53,047 nt of DNA. Origin: Catajapyx aquilonaris (lineage: Eukaryota). Numbering within the stretch: the stretch's first letter is position 1; each line of letters begins with the position of its first letter. Below are positions 39,218-49,793 of the stretch, piece by piece. Under the pieces are notes generated by a model that worked only from the letters and a program-made list of their open reading frames with translations, had not been told where the DNA came from and ran no database searches. A program made the translations under genes and the position numbers. The stretch spans positions 1 through 53,047 of the forward strand of contig KZ538696.1 of assembly GCA_000934665.2 (NCBI GenBank), read 5' to 3'.

Positions 39218-39379
39218 CAGTGCTGGCCATATATCGAGGCAACCACCAGCGACATATTTCCGAAGCGGCAGAAGAAGGAATCTTGCTCGCCCGGCTTGTA
39301 GCATGCTTATCTTCGATTCCTTCTTCTGCCGCTTCGGAAAAATGTCGCTAGCGGTTGCCTCGATATATGGCCAGATCTG
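39218..39379. mobile_element. Tc1/mariner-type MITE (162 bp) with the same core as 3565-3726
   Basis: TA TSD; TIR CAGTGCTGGCCATATATCGAGGCAACC. Confidence 0.9.
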
Positions 39380-39444
39380 TACTCCCTTCTCTGCCCAGGG
39401 CCAAGAGAAAAGGTCTGGTATTTCAGAGGGTCAGAAATGACTAC

Positions 39445-39792
39445 ATTTTTTTACGTTACCCCGTGATAAGGCGGAGCCTTTTTAGGGGGGTGGAATACCA
39501 CCATTTCATGCAATTTTTCTAGATTTTAACTTCAGTCTCCGGTGAAGGAGTCAAGGATGTAGGGTAGGGGTAGGTATTTTTGGGGAGGGAACATATGTAG
39601 GTGCAAGTGCAAGGTCTGTAAAGGGGTCATGTGCTGTTCCCCAGGAGGTTAGGTTTCCAGACACCTCCAGGGTGAAGGTCAGAGACCCTCCTGACGCAGG
39701 TGAAAGGAAAGTTCCCCAGGCGGGGATCGAACCTGGGGCCTTTCACTCAGCAAGCCGAGACGTTACCATCTCGGCCATCTACACCTCCCCCT
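39445..39792 (-). mobile_element. tRNA-derived SINE family B inserted in SINE A
   Basis: 12-bp TSD AGAAATGACTAC (39433-39444, 39793-39804); B-box GGTTCGATCCCC. Confidence 0.9.
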
Positions 39793-39842
39793 AGAAATGA
39801 CTACTTAAGAGCACCCTCCCTTGGAAACCTCCCCCCCCCCCC

Positions 39843-40046
39843 TCCAAATTCGTGGGTTTTTAAAATAAATGATATCGCCCGATAGTTGTTTTTTGTAGCT
39901 TGTTGTTCCCCTTAACAGGTGCCACAGGGTGTCGAATAGTTGCTTAAGAATGGGGCATCTGGTTAGGGGCACAACGAGCTACAAAAAATAACTATTATCG
40001 GGCAATATCAGTTATTTAAAACGACCCACGAATTTGGAACAACCTG
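39843..40046. mobile_element. Mariner-type MITE, left tip lost
   Basis: Inverted arms TCCAAATTCGTGGGT / ACCCACGAATTTGGA; right end CAACCTG|TA. Confidence 0.75.
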
Positions 40047-40649
40047 TATAGTAACAGAATGGAAATTTGCTAACACTGCTAGGTAGAAATAATTTTGTAG
40101 TCAGCTCCTACATTATGCAAACTCCCCGATGCCACCTATTTTTTCAGAATGGAAAAGGCCAAAAATCTCTAGCGACACTACTCTCACAGGAGTAGGGTAG
40201 TGCCGAAAGTAATCACGTTTCATTTCCACCAACCGGAGTAATGTTCACCTAGAAAATTGCATTACAACAGGGTGTCAATTGCCGCAATGAAAACTCTCCC
40301 TCTTTTTAAAAAAAGCGGCTGAAAAATTTAGCATTTCAGCTTTACGTCGACAATGGGCCAGCATGTCATTACCTAGTCCGCTTGTGAATTATAGTCAGGT
40401 AACGACCAAGCGTGTTTGTTCGACTAGGCCAGCCAGGTCGCAAATCCCAAAATGGACAGAGCTTTATTGCCACACCGTTTAAATCTTTACACGCCCGGAT
40501 TCGCATACTGTACAGTACAGTCCTTTAAGCGAAAGAACGATCTGACGTCACATCATGACCATGTGCAGTAGAACGATTCGGGGATATGATAGGAGAAAAA
40601 CCAGGCGGAGGCGTGGTTGAACGTGACGTCAGATCGTTCTTAAGTTTAA

Positions 40650-41133
40650 AGGGACACTCCACTCAAAATGCAAGTTGGGCCCTAAATATCGGGCAAAAAA
40701 TCCTGATTCCGAAGGTATAAGCAGTTTTCCTGAGAGACGAGCGGTAAGGCCAGGGCGAGCCGTCAAAGTTTGGCAATTCGTATCTGGCACGAAAGAGCAG
40801 CGCCTCTCCCGAAAAACGGCAGAAATTGGGAGAATCTTGCGCCATCTTGATCCTCGCCATGGTCCGCGCCATATTTGGCCCGTCCCACAGGTTCATCCCG
40901 CCACGACTCGACTTTCGACCCTTCGTCAGTTTTGCCTAGCGCCCGGTGGCGGCGCGGGCTAGTGGGGCGGGCTAGACTGGGGCTAGAACTGGAGGGATAG
41001 TTCATTAGCAGACTACGCAAATTCTGAGACTTTAACGGCTCGCCCTGGCCTTACCGTTCGTCTCTCAGAAAAACTGCTCATGCCCTCGGAATCAGGATTT
41101 TTTGCCCGATTGTATTTTGAGTGGAGTGTCCCT
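40650..41133. mobile_element. TTAA-targeting MITE (Kolobok-like)
   Basis: TTAA|AGGGACACTCCACTCAAAAT...ATTTTGAGTGGAGTGTCCCT|TTAA. Confidence 0.88.
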
Positions 41134-41137
41134 TTAA

Positions 41138-41526
41138 GGGTGGGATAAAGGTCCCAGCGCTTAGGGAGGTTGACATGTTAAATGTCGGACCTAATAACTC
41201 CGTAATTACTGAACAGAATGACATGAAATTTTTGACACAACACGACACAACAACCCTTGTCACGGCTATGTTGAGCGAAACCTGTTTTCTGGATTCAGTT
41301 AACCACGAAACTGAGAGGAATTTGAAGGCATGTGAGGAAATAATGTCCTGTGAAGAATAAGGACCAACTGAATCCCTAAAAAAAGGTTTCGCTCAACATA
41401 GCCGTGACAAGGGTTGTGTCGTTTTGTGTCAAAAATTTCATGTCATTCTGTTCAGTAATTACGGAGTTATTAGGCCCGACATTTAACATGTCAACCTCCA
41501 TAAGCGCCGGGACCTTTACCCCACCC
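41138..41526. mobile_element. TTAA-targeting MITE sharing its TTAA with the previous element
   Basis: TTAA|GGGTGGG...CCCACCC|TTAA, about 145-bp arms. Confidence 0.88.
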
Positions 41527-41551
41527 TTAACGGACTTTACCTGGAGTAGTA

Positions 41552-41815
41552 CAGTGTTGGACATTAATCGTGTCATACTGCTTGCGACATTTCTAATGCA
41601 AATGGAAGTGATAGAGCCGTGAGAGTAAGAAGAGGTAGGCATTGAGTGACGTCACAGGCTGGGGGCAATGGAGAAAAGGCTTGTCCCCAGCCAGTGACGT
41701 CACCTAAGGGCTACCATTTCTTACTCGCACGGATCGCACTCTATCACTTCGATTTGTACGTCTGCCGCATCGGAAAATGTCGCTAGCAGTATGACGGAAT
41801 TAATGTCCAACACTG
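41552..41815. mobile_element. Tc1/mariner-type MITE (CAGTGTTGG family, long core)
   Basis: TA|CAGTGTTGGACATTAAT...ATTAATGTCCAACACTG|TA. Confidence 0.9.
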
Positions 41816-43240
41816 TACCGGTATACAAATCATTGCTTAGCTGTGCTGACACCAATCGCATCATGCTGGTCCTCTTTAGAAGAAGACAGTCAATATTTGC
41901 GCCTTGGTGTTGTGATCAGAAGCACTTGATCTAGATGACTTAAAGGAAGTCCGAATTGAACTGCTGACCCTACAAACCGGTTTTAACTTATGGACAAATA
42001 AATAAACCTAGCTGGCATTTTCATTTGGTCCTTTTGCGATGAGAGTAAAACCACACTGCTGCTGGTAAAATCCCTAAGGCCTAGTCTGAAAGAATTGGAT
42101 GTCAAGTCTGGTCCAAATCAGTTACCACGTCAAGGGGACATGACATATTGATTGAGGTCATAGCCACTAGAGATCTGGACGAGTCAAATTCCCTATCCAC
42201 AGCGTTTTGGGAAGGAAATTGTTCCCAGTGTAAGAGTTGGCCAAGAGGAAGTGTCTCTGTGGGGATTTACTGCAGGAACTTTTTTTTTTCTTCTATGGCA
42301 TGTCTGATGCTTACAAAACTTGCGGGCTTACTTTCATCGCCAAAGTGACCCATAAAACTTTCAGGGTGCTGGTCTTCGAATATCTTTTCCAGATGCGGCT
42401 GAAGCTTGGGAGTACTGCGTATTATTGAATATGGCACTTGGATCTAGTTCTAGATAAGAGCTGCTCAACTCATTTGTGAGATACAGTGTCTATATTTTTT
42501 ACCCCTTTCAGTGAAAATCCAGGGTGTCCAGAAAGCTTAATCATGTCACTTTCCAAGTCCACACACGCAGATTAAAAATAATAATAATCTAACGATGGAG
42601 TTTGTGACAATGATTAATGACAATGGGGGGATGGTATTTTCTCTCTGAAGCGATATCAAAATCTGGAGTAAGTTTATATAAAGTTGTGGCAATTTGGAAA
42701 GTGGCTGTTAGTTACATAAGACTTCTTCCAAACCATTTTCGCCCAATCAAATTTGACCAAAAATTTTAGTCCAAGACATGCTTTTCGTCCCAAAATTTTG
42801 TCCAAACGATGGATGGACAATATTGATTCTTTTGAGAGCAATAAATAAGACTGATCCATAGTACTGTATATATTGGTCCAGATTCCCTTCGATATAATTT
42901 TTTAGGACAAAATTGTATATTGGAATAGAAGTATCCCTCAAACCAGTCAAACGTAGTGTCTGTGGGTTAAATTTAATTGAACAAAATTGTCTTTGGACAA
43001 ATATGGTTTGGGAAAAGTGGTATATATTTTCTTCTTGGGCTGTGATTACTACGAAAATAAACTGCCTTTATAGCTTCGACTTTTTTTGCTTCGAGCTGCG
43101 ATTCCAAGTGGAAACTCACTGCGGCATCTTTAGTTGTGAAATTTATATCAGTTAAGTTTCCGATCTCGACGACAGCATTATTCCCTTAGCATAATGAGCC
43201 AGTTGGCTTCATACACCTGGATGCTGAGACAATAATTATA

Positions 43241-43668
43241 CAGGGTGTATCAAAACTCCACCATAAGCCATATGCCAATGGCGTAATGGGCACCAGGGGA
43301 TCAATTAATGTAGAGGAGTCATTATGTCTGGGCAGCCTCATTACTGAGATAATTGATCATTTGCGTTTTAGCAATTGGGCCTAAGAGTGATTGTCACAGA
43401 TTGTCACAAATGGTCACAGATCACATGCGACATGCAGTACACATGCGACATGCTAGTAGCTAAATGGAAAAGCTGCTATATTCACGAGTGATGCGATGTC
43501 GGGGCTGAAGGTTTCCATACCTCCCAGGATACTTTGTACTACGTGTTTGAAGGCAATTATCTCCGTAATGAGGCGGCCTAGAGATGATGACCCCTCTACA
43601 TATAATGATGCTCTGGTGCCCCTTATGCCATTGGTACATGGCTTATGGTAGAGTTTTGATACACCCTG
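43241..43668. mobile_element. Mariner-type MITE
   Basis: TA|CAGGGTGTATCAAAACTC...GAGTTTTGATACACCCTG|TA, about 130-bp diverged arms. Confidence 0.9.
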
Positions 43669-44757
43669 TATAAACCCTATCCACTTTGGTTGGAACTTTC
43701 AGACTGAGACCATTTTTCTTCTTTTACTGAGCTACTAAATATACGACTACATTGGTCAAACAAATACTGGTCCTTAAGGAAATCATTTTTTTATTGCATC
43801 ACGTATAGGAATGTAATAGAATATCCTCGGGAGTGAAGCCGAAGGAGCAATTGGCATAAGATTGCCTCCGTAATGAAGCCGAAATTACCAAAGCAAATTA
43901 GAGTAATCCCAGCTTGTAATATCGCAACTACCCCAAATCCTAGAGGAAGTGCGTACAATTTACAACATCCTGTACACTGCGCCGTCCTACCAAATAATGC
44001 CCACACCTGCACATTGGGATACGGTCGTGTTTTTGTTAATTATTTCAAGATATTTTCCCTCATGTGTGAAGTGTGAAATGCCATTAGTGATAGATTTCAA
44101 CTGATCTTCAGTCACACGACCATATGTAGGACTTCATTCTGGTAGAAAAGGTTTTAAAATATTAATCAAATAAGCTTACACAATGCTACTAATGTGTCTG
44201 AAATGGCTCCGTGGCCATGGTCTGCAGCACACAATATCGCATTAAACCATTAGTGGATATTCAATAGGGAAGAAGATTCAAGAAAACTCGTCAGGACGGT
44301 TTCCACAGAGATTCTAACATGATGGGATCTCTCGAATGGAAGCAATAATATTTCACATATGGTACAGTATATCGTCATATCGTCTATCATTTACAGGTGA
44401 TTACACAATAAGCAGAAAATTAAGTATAAAATAATACATTTCTCTAGTTATTGTCACAGTTCTCAATATTAAACATTTCCACATTTTTTTCCGCATTTTC
44501 TACACTTTCACACACATCCAGATATGCAGCTAATATGTGGAAAATGTGATCAAAATATGTGGAGGTATTTCGTAATCAAAACTGTTAACTGCATTTTTAT
44601 TGCGACACGTATCACTTTTCGGATACTATGGGTCCATTCGGACGCATTCTGCTCATTACCTCAAAAAATTTCTAAATGTGGATATAATTACTGGTCCCTT
44701 AGCTGAATAGTAGGCCTAAAACTATTGCACGTATTAAAAGTTCGATCACAGCTTTAA

Positions 44758-45447
44758 CCTTTTGACGATGGAGTTTTTGAGCCATTTCCTTACCCAGGGC
44801 CTGAGTTCTTTTTCCCCTTTTCCAGAAATTTGATGAGTGATATTAATGAATAATAATCCGCGGACTGCCCGGATTACCCGAATTACCTATAGTTACCTGA
44901 TCAAATTGACCTTGTGACCCATTTTTGAGGAGGGCAGAGGTCAAATTCAGACCTCACCGATTACCTTAAAATTCGGTGCATTAGTAGCCCACTCCAAGGG
45001 ATGAAAAACGCACCTACAGTTACCCCCATCAAAATGACCCTGTGACCCATTTTTATGAGGGCAGAGGTCAAATTCCGATCTCACCGATTTTCTTGAAATG
45101 CGGTGCATTGGTAGCCTGCCCCAAGGGATGAAAAACGCACCTAAGTTATAGTAACCTGCTCAAAATGACGCTGTGGCCCATTTTTGAGGGGGGGGGGGCA
45201 GAGGTCAAATTCTGACCTCACCTATTTCTTGAAATTCGGTGCCTTGACTTCTGCCCCCCTCCAATATGGGTCACGGTCATTTTGAGCAGGTAACTATAGG
45301 TGCGTTTTTCATCCCTTGGGGTGGGCTACCAATGCACCGAATTTCAAGAAAATCGGTGAGGTTGGAATTTTACGAGTTGGAAAATGTCCCAAGTTGTCAG
45401 AACAAATCTTAAGACATCATATTATGATGTCCGTAGTCATCCAAGGG
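44758..45447. mobile_element. piggyBac-like non-autonomous element with internal ~125-bp repeats
   Basis: TTAA|CC...GG|TTAA with weak TIR similarity; about three direct units plus one inverted unit at about 44885-45370. Confidence 0.5.
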
Positions 45448-46958
45448 TTAAATATGTGAAAAATTAGGTAATTCCATACAGACATTTTGTACAAAATTGA
45501 CTCCTAATTGCGCAATTTTAGTGAAAGAGAACATTTCCTCTCATTTTCTATTGAAATTGCCTTTTCCAGGTGACTCAATGGAGGAGTCCAGAACATGTAA
45601 TTTCCTTTTTATTGGAAGTTATGCCTCTCATGTCCTTAGACATTTAATGTCTAAGGACATGAGAGGCATAACTTACAATGCGAGATGGCGCAGATTTCAA
45701 TAATTCATTTTACACCATGGTTGTTTGCAACATTTTTGTGAAGTCGCCGAATTTTTTTCACCACAAATAGACGAGATATCTGGGTTTTTCTTCTGCAATA
45801 ATTACAATTAAACGAACATAATTCATAGAGGTGGAAGTACCAGTGTACCACTACTACATAAGACATTACATACCCCAGGGTCATGGACCCTGGTATGTAG
45901 GGTGGACGCACCACATTTTAATGATTATGATTGATTATGAATTATTTAAAATCTTGGCCACAATTTCCCATAGGCTTTATGACTAGCCAGGCAGTTTGGG
46001 TCTCCACTTGTTGAACCTTCTCCAACTACCCGTCTGCGGCAATTGGGGAAAAATCAGATTGTTTACTGCAAAATTTTAGCCCGAAGAGTAAACAAAATTG
46101 TGACAAATTGTGACAAAATATGTTTTCCACATATTTTGTCACAATTTCTGTATCAAAAAATGTGGGGAAAATCAAATGTCGCTGTACAGGTTCAATTGAT
46201 GGTGCAACAGTTGACTAAAATTCTGCAGAAACAATCTGATTTTTCCATGAATGCCGCAGACGGGTAGTTGGAGAAGGTTCCACAAGAGGAGACCCAAACT
46301 GCCTGGCTAGTCATAAAGCCTATGGGAAATTGTGGCTACAATTTTAAATAACTAATAATCAAACAATCATTAAAATGTGGTGCATCCACACTACATACCA
46401 GAGTCATGACCCTGGGGTATGTAATGTCATATGTATAGTAGTGGTTTACACCTTTATGAATTATGTTCGTTTAATTGTAATTAATGCAGAAACCAGTTAT
46501 CTCGTCTATTTGTGGTGAAAAAAATTCGACGAATTCACGAAAATGTTGCAAACATCGATGGTGTAAAACGATTTTTTTATTGAACACTTACCGGTATTTC
46601 CCCAAAAATTCTAAAATATGCGCCATCTCGCAGAGCCATCAAACTTGTCTCTCTCCCCCGATAAAAAAGAAGCGAATTTGAGCGAATGTAACCAAAGCGT
46701 ATACATCAGGAGGATAAATTTTAGACTTTTTCTCGTAATCGAAAAAAAAGCATTATCGAACGGCTCTGTCTGACCGTCTGTGGACAGGTATCAGGGCCTC
46801 AACCGCAAAAGAAAGAGACAAACGGTTTTCACATGCGGATTAAGCGTGACCTAAATAGGTGTCATGGTCAACTTCCGGTGACGCGCCACTTCCGGGTTCA
46901 CTCCAGCCCCCAGTCACTCTCCCTCTTTTCGCGTGAGCTTATAGTTGATCTCCCCCAC
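45408..46958 (+). repeat. Probable donor copy of the 24461-25998 inverted duplication
   Basis: Elements cut off at both ends of the 24-26 kb copy continue intact here. Confidence 0.9.
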
Positions 46959-47801
46959 CGAGGGGGATTAGTCACGGTCGGCGCTCGAGTCAAGTGCCAA
47001 GATGGTGGCGCCTTACCTAGCGGCCAACTCTGAACCATTTTGGTCGACTCCGATTTAGTTGGGGTCAGCCCCCTGTCACTTCCCATTAGTTGTATGGATA
47101 CGGTAGTTTAATTCGTGTGTCTCAGCCAGGCCCGGATTTTGGCGCTGGCGGCGCTACAGCGTTCGCTATCCGCCATCTTTTTCAAGGTGCACTCAAGTGC
47201 TTAGTCTGCGGAAGCAAAGAAAGATGGAGCCAATCGCGGAATACTACCCGCTACCTACCACCGGAGTTGCACCTTGAACAAGATGGGGTCTTAGGCCCTG
47301 TTCACACGTAGCCACTTTTAGTGGTAGACCATGGTCTTAGAATACTAAGGTCTGGTCACTCCCACTTATCGCCTGCCGGGGCGTTTTGCATGAGGTGCTC
47401 ACTTGAGAGCGCCATAGACAGCTTTCCACTGCTGTATTATGTGGCGACCCTATACCGGACTACGCTGAACTTAGGTAGAAGAGAAGCCGCTACATGCGGG
47501 CCCAACATGGCCGCCGGCGCCCATGTTGGGTCCCCCAATATAGCGCTTCCCTTTTGTACCTATAAAGTTCGGCGTAGTCCAGTAGGGTCGCCACATAATT
47601 CAGTAGTGAAAGGTCTCATGGCGCTCTCAGGTGAGCACCTCATACAAAACGCCCCGGCAGGCGATAAGATATAAGACTGTAGGGGTAGTGTCCGTGGGCT
47701 GGTCTGGACACTCCCTCTTATCGCCTGCCGGGGCGTTTTGCATGAGATGCTCACTTGAGAGCGCCATGAGACCGCTTTTCACGCTCTCTTATGTGGCGAC
47801 C

Positions 47802-48082
47802 CAGCCCTATGACACTCCTTGAATACGGTAGTGTAATAACTGTGTCACATCGTTCGCTAAGACGCCATCTTGTTCAAGGTGCAACTCCTGTGGTAGGTAG
47901 CGGGTAGTCTCCCGCGATTGGCTCCATCTTTCTTCCGCAGACTTACCACTAAAGTGCACCTTGAAAAAGATGGCAGATAGCGAACGATGTAGCGCCGCCA
48001 GCGCCAAATTCTCACCCTGGCGATCACACAGTAATTAAACTACCGTATCCATGCAACGAGGGGGGAAGTGANCATGGACCTG
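47802..48082 (+). mobile_element. hAT-type element X (copy X1)
   Basis: TSD TGGCGACC (47794-47801, 48083-48090); an n at 48072 makes the right end uncertain. Confidence 0.8.
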
Positions 48083-48175
48083 TGGCGACCCTACCGGACT
48101 ACGCTGAACTAAGGTAAAAGAGAAGCCGCTACATGCGGGCCCAACATGGCCGCCGGCGACCATATTGGGTCCCCC

Positions 48176-48462
48176 CAGCCCTATGACACTCCTCGAATAC
48201 GGTAGTGTAATAACTGTGTCACATCGTTCGCTAAGACGCCATATTGCTCAAGGTGCAACTCCTGTGGTAGGTACCGGTTAGTCTGTCGCGATTGGTTGGA
48301 TCTTTCTTTCCTTCCGCAGACTTACCACTAGAGGGCACCTTGAAAAAGATGGCGGATAGCGAACGATATAGCGCCGGCAGCGCCAAATTCCTAGCCTGGC
48401 GATCACACAGTAATTAAACTACCGTATCCATATACAACTAGGGGGGAAGTGACAGGGGGCTG
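48176..48462 (+). mobile_element. hAT-type element X (copy X2, intact 287 bp)
   Basis: CAGCCCTATGACAC...GTGACAGGGGGCTG; perfect TSD GGTCCCCC (48168-48175, 48463-48470). Confidence 0.92.
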
Positions 48463-48899
48463 GGTCCCCCAATGTGGCGCTTCCAGTTTGTACCTATAAA
48501 GTTCAGCGTAGTCCCGTGGTCGCCACATAATAGAGCGTGGAATGCGGTCTCATGGGGCTCTCAAGTGAGCATCTCATGCAAAACGCCCCGTCAGGCGATA
48601 AGGTAATATTGTAGTTTGTAGGGGTAGTGTCCGGGGGCTGTGGTAGACGCTCGCCACAGCAACTGGCCACCGTTGCGAGCATTCACACGTGGCCACTGCA
48701 GTGGCGAGGGTATAGGCGTCTGTGGGCTCGGAGTGGCAGGCCCGAGCGTCTTTGCTTCTATACAAGCGCTCAAGGCCAGGCGCAGGCGCCACTCGATACC
48801 GGACCATTGGTTTGCATTGGTGCATTCACACGGAGCCACAGCCACATACCACTCACGCCCGCAACAGGCCCACGGACACAGTCATATGTCCGCATGCTA

Positions 48900-49793
48900 C
48901 AGCGTCATCGAAAAAGAATGTCAAATTTTTAAAACCCTACAACTCGAAAACTTGTAGAGATATCTTAATGATTCAAGTTTTTTTTTTTGTTGCCCCGTGA
49001 TTGGGCTCGAGGCCCTCTTAGGGGGAAAGGGAAAGTTCCCAAGGGGGGGCGCCGTGCCATTTCTGACATTCTTTAACACCAGGCCTTTTCTCCTGGCCCC
49101 GAGCAGAGAAGGGAGTGCAATTCTGCTCCGGCATGACGGGAGAAAAGCGGAAAAGGACCCGGCCAAGCAGAGGGGACGGGGACGGGATTTGAACCCCGGC
49201 CTCCCGCTCGGCTGGCCAGAGGCGTAACCGCTAGACCACCATGCCGCCCTAATGATTCAAGTTTTGAAGTGTTAAGAAATGTCTAAAGTTCTGGTCTTAC
49301 CATAGTTTGTTTCGATATGAGCTCCATTTGTCGCTCAAAAAATGTAAATATGGTAATCGCTGTCCTGCCTAACCCGCTCAGGCATATCTGACGTTACCGC
49401 TGAAATCTTTTCTCGTAGGTGATGGTGGTGCCGAATCTTGTCACCATATGTGTATCTCCACAAAAAAAAGTCCATCGAGGTAAAATCTGGGCTTCTGGAG
49501 GGGCTATGCATGGAGAAATTTCTCATGCGAGACTTCTCACACTGCATCCAGCACCTACGGGATAGGATTGCAATGGTGACTCCAGATGTGATTGATAGGG
49601 TTTGTCCCGACACCGAATACAGGCTTTTTAATCTGCCTAGCGATAAATGAAGCCCATATCGAAAAAAACCTAACCTGAAACCAAAACTGTAGACCTTTCT
49701 TAGTATTTCAACACTTAAATCATTCAGATATGTCTGCAAGTTTTCGAGTTATAGGGTTTTTTTTAAATGTGACATTCTATTTCGATGACCCTG
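48900..49793. mobile_element. Tc1/mariner-derived foldback element with transposase C-terminal relics in both arms
   Basis: TA TSD; TIR CAG(C/G)GTCATCGAAA.AGAATGTCA; minus-strand PSRSPDFTSMDFFLW...HLREKISAVTSDMPERV; plus-strand IQHLRDRIAMVTPDVIDRV. Confidence 0.85.
48981..49249 (-). mobile_element. tRNA-derived SINE family A, full length
   Basis: A-box TGGTCTAGCGG, B-box GGTTCAAATCC, poly-A tail, 15-bp TSD TAATGATTCAAGTTT (48966-48980, 49250-49264). Confidence 0.92.

Larger units (their letters stand above)
39099..39840 (+). mobile_element. tRNA-derived SINE family A, interrupted twice
   Basis: Head GGCATGGTGGTCTAGTGG...GGGGTTCAAATCCC; colinear with 48981-49249 once the two insertions are removed. 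Confidence 0.8.
47330..48640. mobile_element. Composite of two tandem palindromic family-Y MITEs (hAT-type)
   Basis: 8-bp TSD TGGTAGAC (47322-47329, 48641-48648); each unit ends ...GTAGTGTCCG.GGGCTG. Confidence 0.8.

Noticed and set aside
48981..49249. tRNA gene-like heads here and at 12.6, 27.4, 39.1 and 39.7 kb
   Set aside because: Attached bodies, A-rich tails and TSDs show they are SINEs, not tRNA genes
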